Notes under the pieces: generated by a model | The model's database searches: none | What the model was told of the DNA's origin: nothing | What the model saw: the letters and a program-made list of their open reading frames with translations, nothing else | In this document: one piece after another, positions 23,477-24,000 of the stretch | Numbering within the stretch: position 1 is the first letter of the stretch | Layout of the letters: each line of letters opens with the position of its first letter | DNA from: Candidatus Heimdallarchaeota archaeon | Lineage (GTDB): Archaea > Asgardarchaeota > Heimdallarchaeia > Heimdallarchaeales > Heimdallarchaeaceae | Reading direction: 5' to 3' | NCBI GenBank assembly: GCA_016840095.1 | Contig: JAEOSZ010000099.1 | Coordinates: forward strand, 3,475 to 27,474 | DNA: 24,000 nucleotides | Translations under genes and position numbers: made by a program

Positions 23477-24000
23477 CTAAATCTCTTTTAACTTTTCTTT
23501 TTGCTTTGAAACGTATTCCCGAATCATTTCAGATGAAGGCAGTTTTGTCATAATGTTTCCATTTTCCATTACTTTTTCCAGCAATTTGCTCATTTTTTTA
23601 CCACAAACTTGACATTCAATTTCTTCCTTAGAAAAATCATCACATAGGAAAGTATGACATTTCTCACAATATCCAATTTGTTTTCTTCCTGCAAATTTTC
23701 CTCTTTTTGCAATTGTTTCTTCTTCAAGTTCTACTATATCAAGTGCAAAGTCAATTGTAGGACTATTAGCAACATAGGTTCCAATACCAAACCCATCTGC
23801 TACATCCCTGAGTTCCAGTATAGATTCTTCATTAAGACCACCACTGAGAAAAATCTTAATGTCCTCTCTGTTTCTCTGCTTGAGTTCCCATTTGATTTCA
23901 CGGATAATGTCTCTGAAACTTCCTTTTCTGGAACTTGGTGTATCTAATCTAACACCTGAAAGCTTTTCTCCAATTGCATCCAAGGCTTGAAGCACTTCAA
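23477..24000 (-). CDS. pncB: Nicotinate phosphoribosyltransferase, C-terminal part with Zn-knuckle domain (5' end beyond window)
   Basis: GVRLDTPSSRKGSF, IFLSGGLNEESI, GFGIGTYV, then CEKCHTF...CQVCGKKM, as in the archaeal NAPRTase C-terminal zinc-knuckle domain. The frame stays open to the window edge; the ORF-track start is only an internal GTG. Confidence 0.8.
   Translation of the reverse strand, partial: EVLQALDAIGEKLSGVRLDTPSSRKGSFRDIIREIKWELKQRNREDIKIFLSGGLNEESILELRDVADGFGIGTYVANSPTIDFALDIVELEEETIAKRGKFAGRKQIGYCEKCHTFLCDDFSKEEIECQVCGKKMSKLLEKVMENGNIMTKLPSSEMIREYVSKQKEKLKEI

Noticed and set aside
1562-23947. About 20 ORF-track entries of 60-157 aa lying antisense to, or out of frame within, longer genes. 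They are 1562-1756, 1909-2115, 2896-3090, 3029-3337, 6127-6372, 7096-7404, 7541-7771, 8300-8482, 9355-9606 and 9915-10217. Also 11293-11568, 13697-13882, 15903-16094, 16581-17054, 17367-17582, 17588-17776, 17920-18108, 19064-19291, 19729-19911 and 23654-23947.
   Set aside because: Each is fully or largely embedded in a longer ORF that has clear family motifs. Their translations are low-complexity, S/L/F/I-rich and motif-free, as expected of shadow frames in AT-rich DNA.
1-24000. Scan for CRISPR arrays, tandem or long repeats, transposases, integrases, toxin-antitoxin or restriction-type defence modules.
   Set aside because: I saw no periodic repeat-spacer structure and no recognisable mobile-element or defence protein motifs. 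The only methyltransferase has no nuclease partner. Long-range repeats cannot be excluded by eye and would need a dot-plot.

Overview
AT-rich (about 30-35% GC by eye) archaeal chromosomal segment, densely coding on both strands. I call 26 conventional protein genes, one candidate 39-codon small ORF, one intact tRNA-Lys(UUU) and one orphan tRNA 3' fragment. I saw no CRISPR array, transposase, integrase or recognisable defence genes. Archaeal hallmarks include aEF-1beta with its Zn-ribbon partner, an ATGA-coupled ArcS/RaSEA archaeosine pair, CTP-type riboflavin kinase plus RibL FAD synthase, and geranylgeranyl reductase. Others are trans- and cis-prenyltransferases, a GPN-loop GTPase, translin and a Zn-knuckle NAPRTase. 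The most interesting content is a set of poorly characterised genes with eukaryote-signature-like folds, recognised only by motif pattern. These are: (1) a 154-aa C2-like protein next to a tandem V4R (Bet3/TRAPP-like) protein; (2) a longin-like + Roadblock fusion divergently paired with an orphan GAF-GAF-PAS histidine kinase whose ATP-binding domain looks degenerate; (3) a stand-alone Roadblock/LC7 protein next to a coiled-coil protein. This mix fits an Asgard-type (Loki-like) archaeon, but taxonomy cannot be proven from the window. Further points: both flavin-cofactor enzymes carry N-terminal wHTH domains. A twin divergent promoter uses identical CTTTTATAG 9-mers, one of them placed to drive a leaderless 39-codon sORF upstream of the flavin operon. 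A Cys-less isochorismatase-like gene is coupled to a compact permuted amino-methyltransferase beside tRNA-Lys. A GC-elevated aldo/keto reductase lies between a tRNA 3' fragment and tRNA-Lys. All domain calls are by-eye motif recognition and none was verified by a search.
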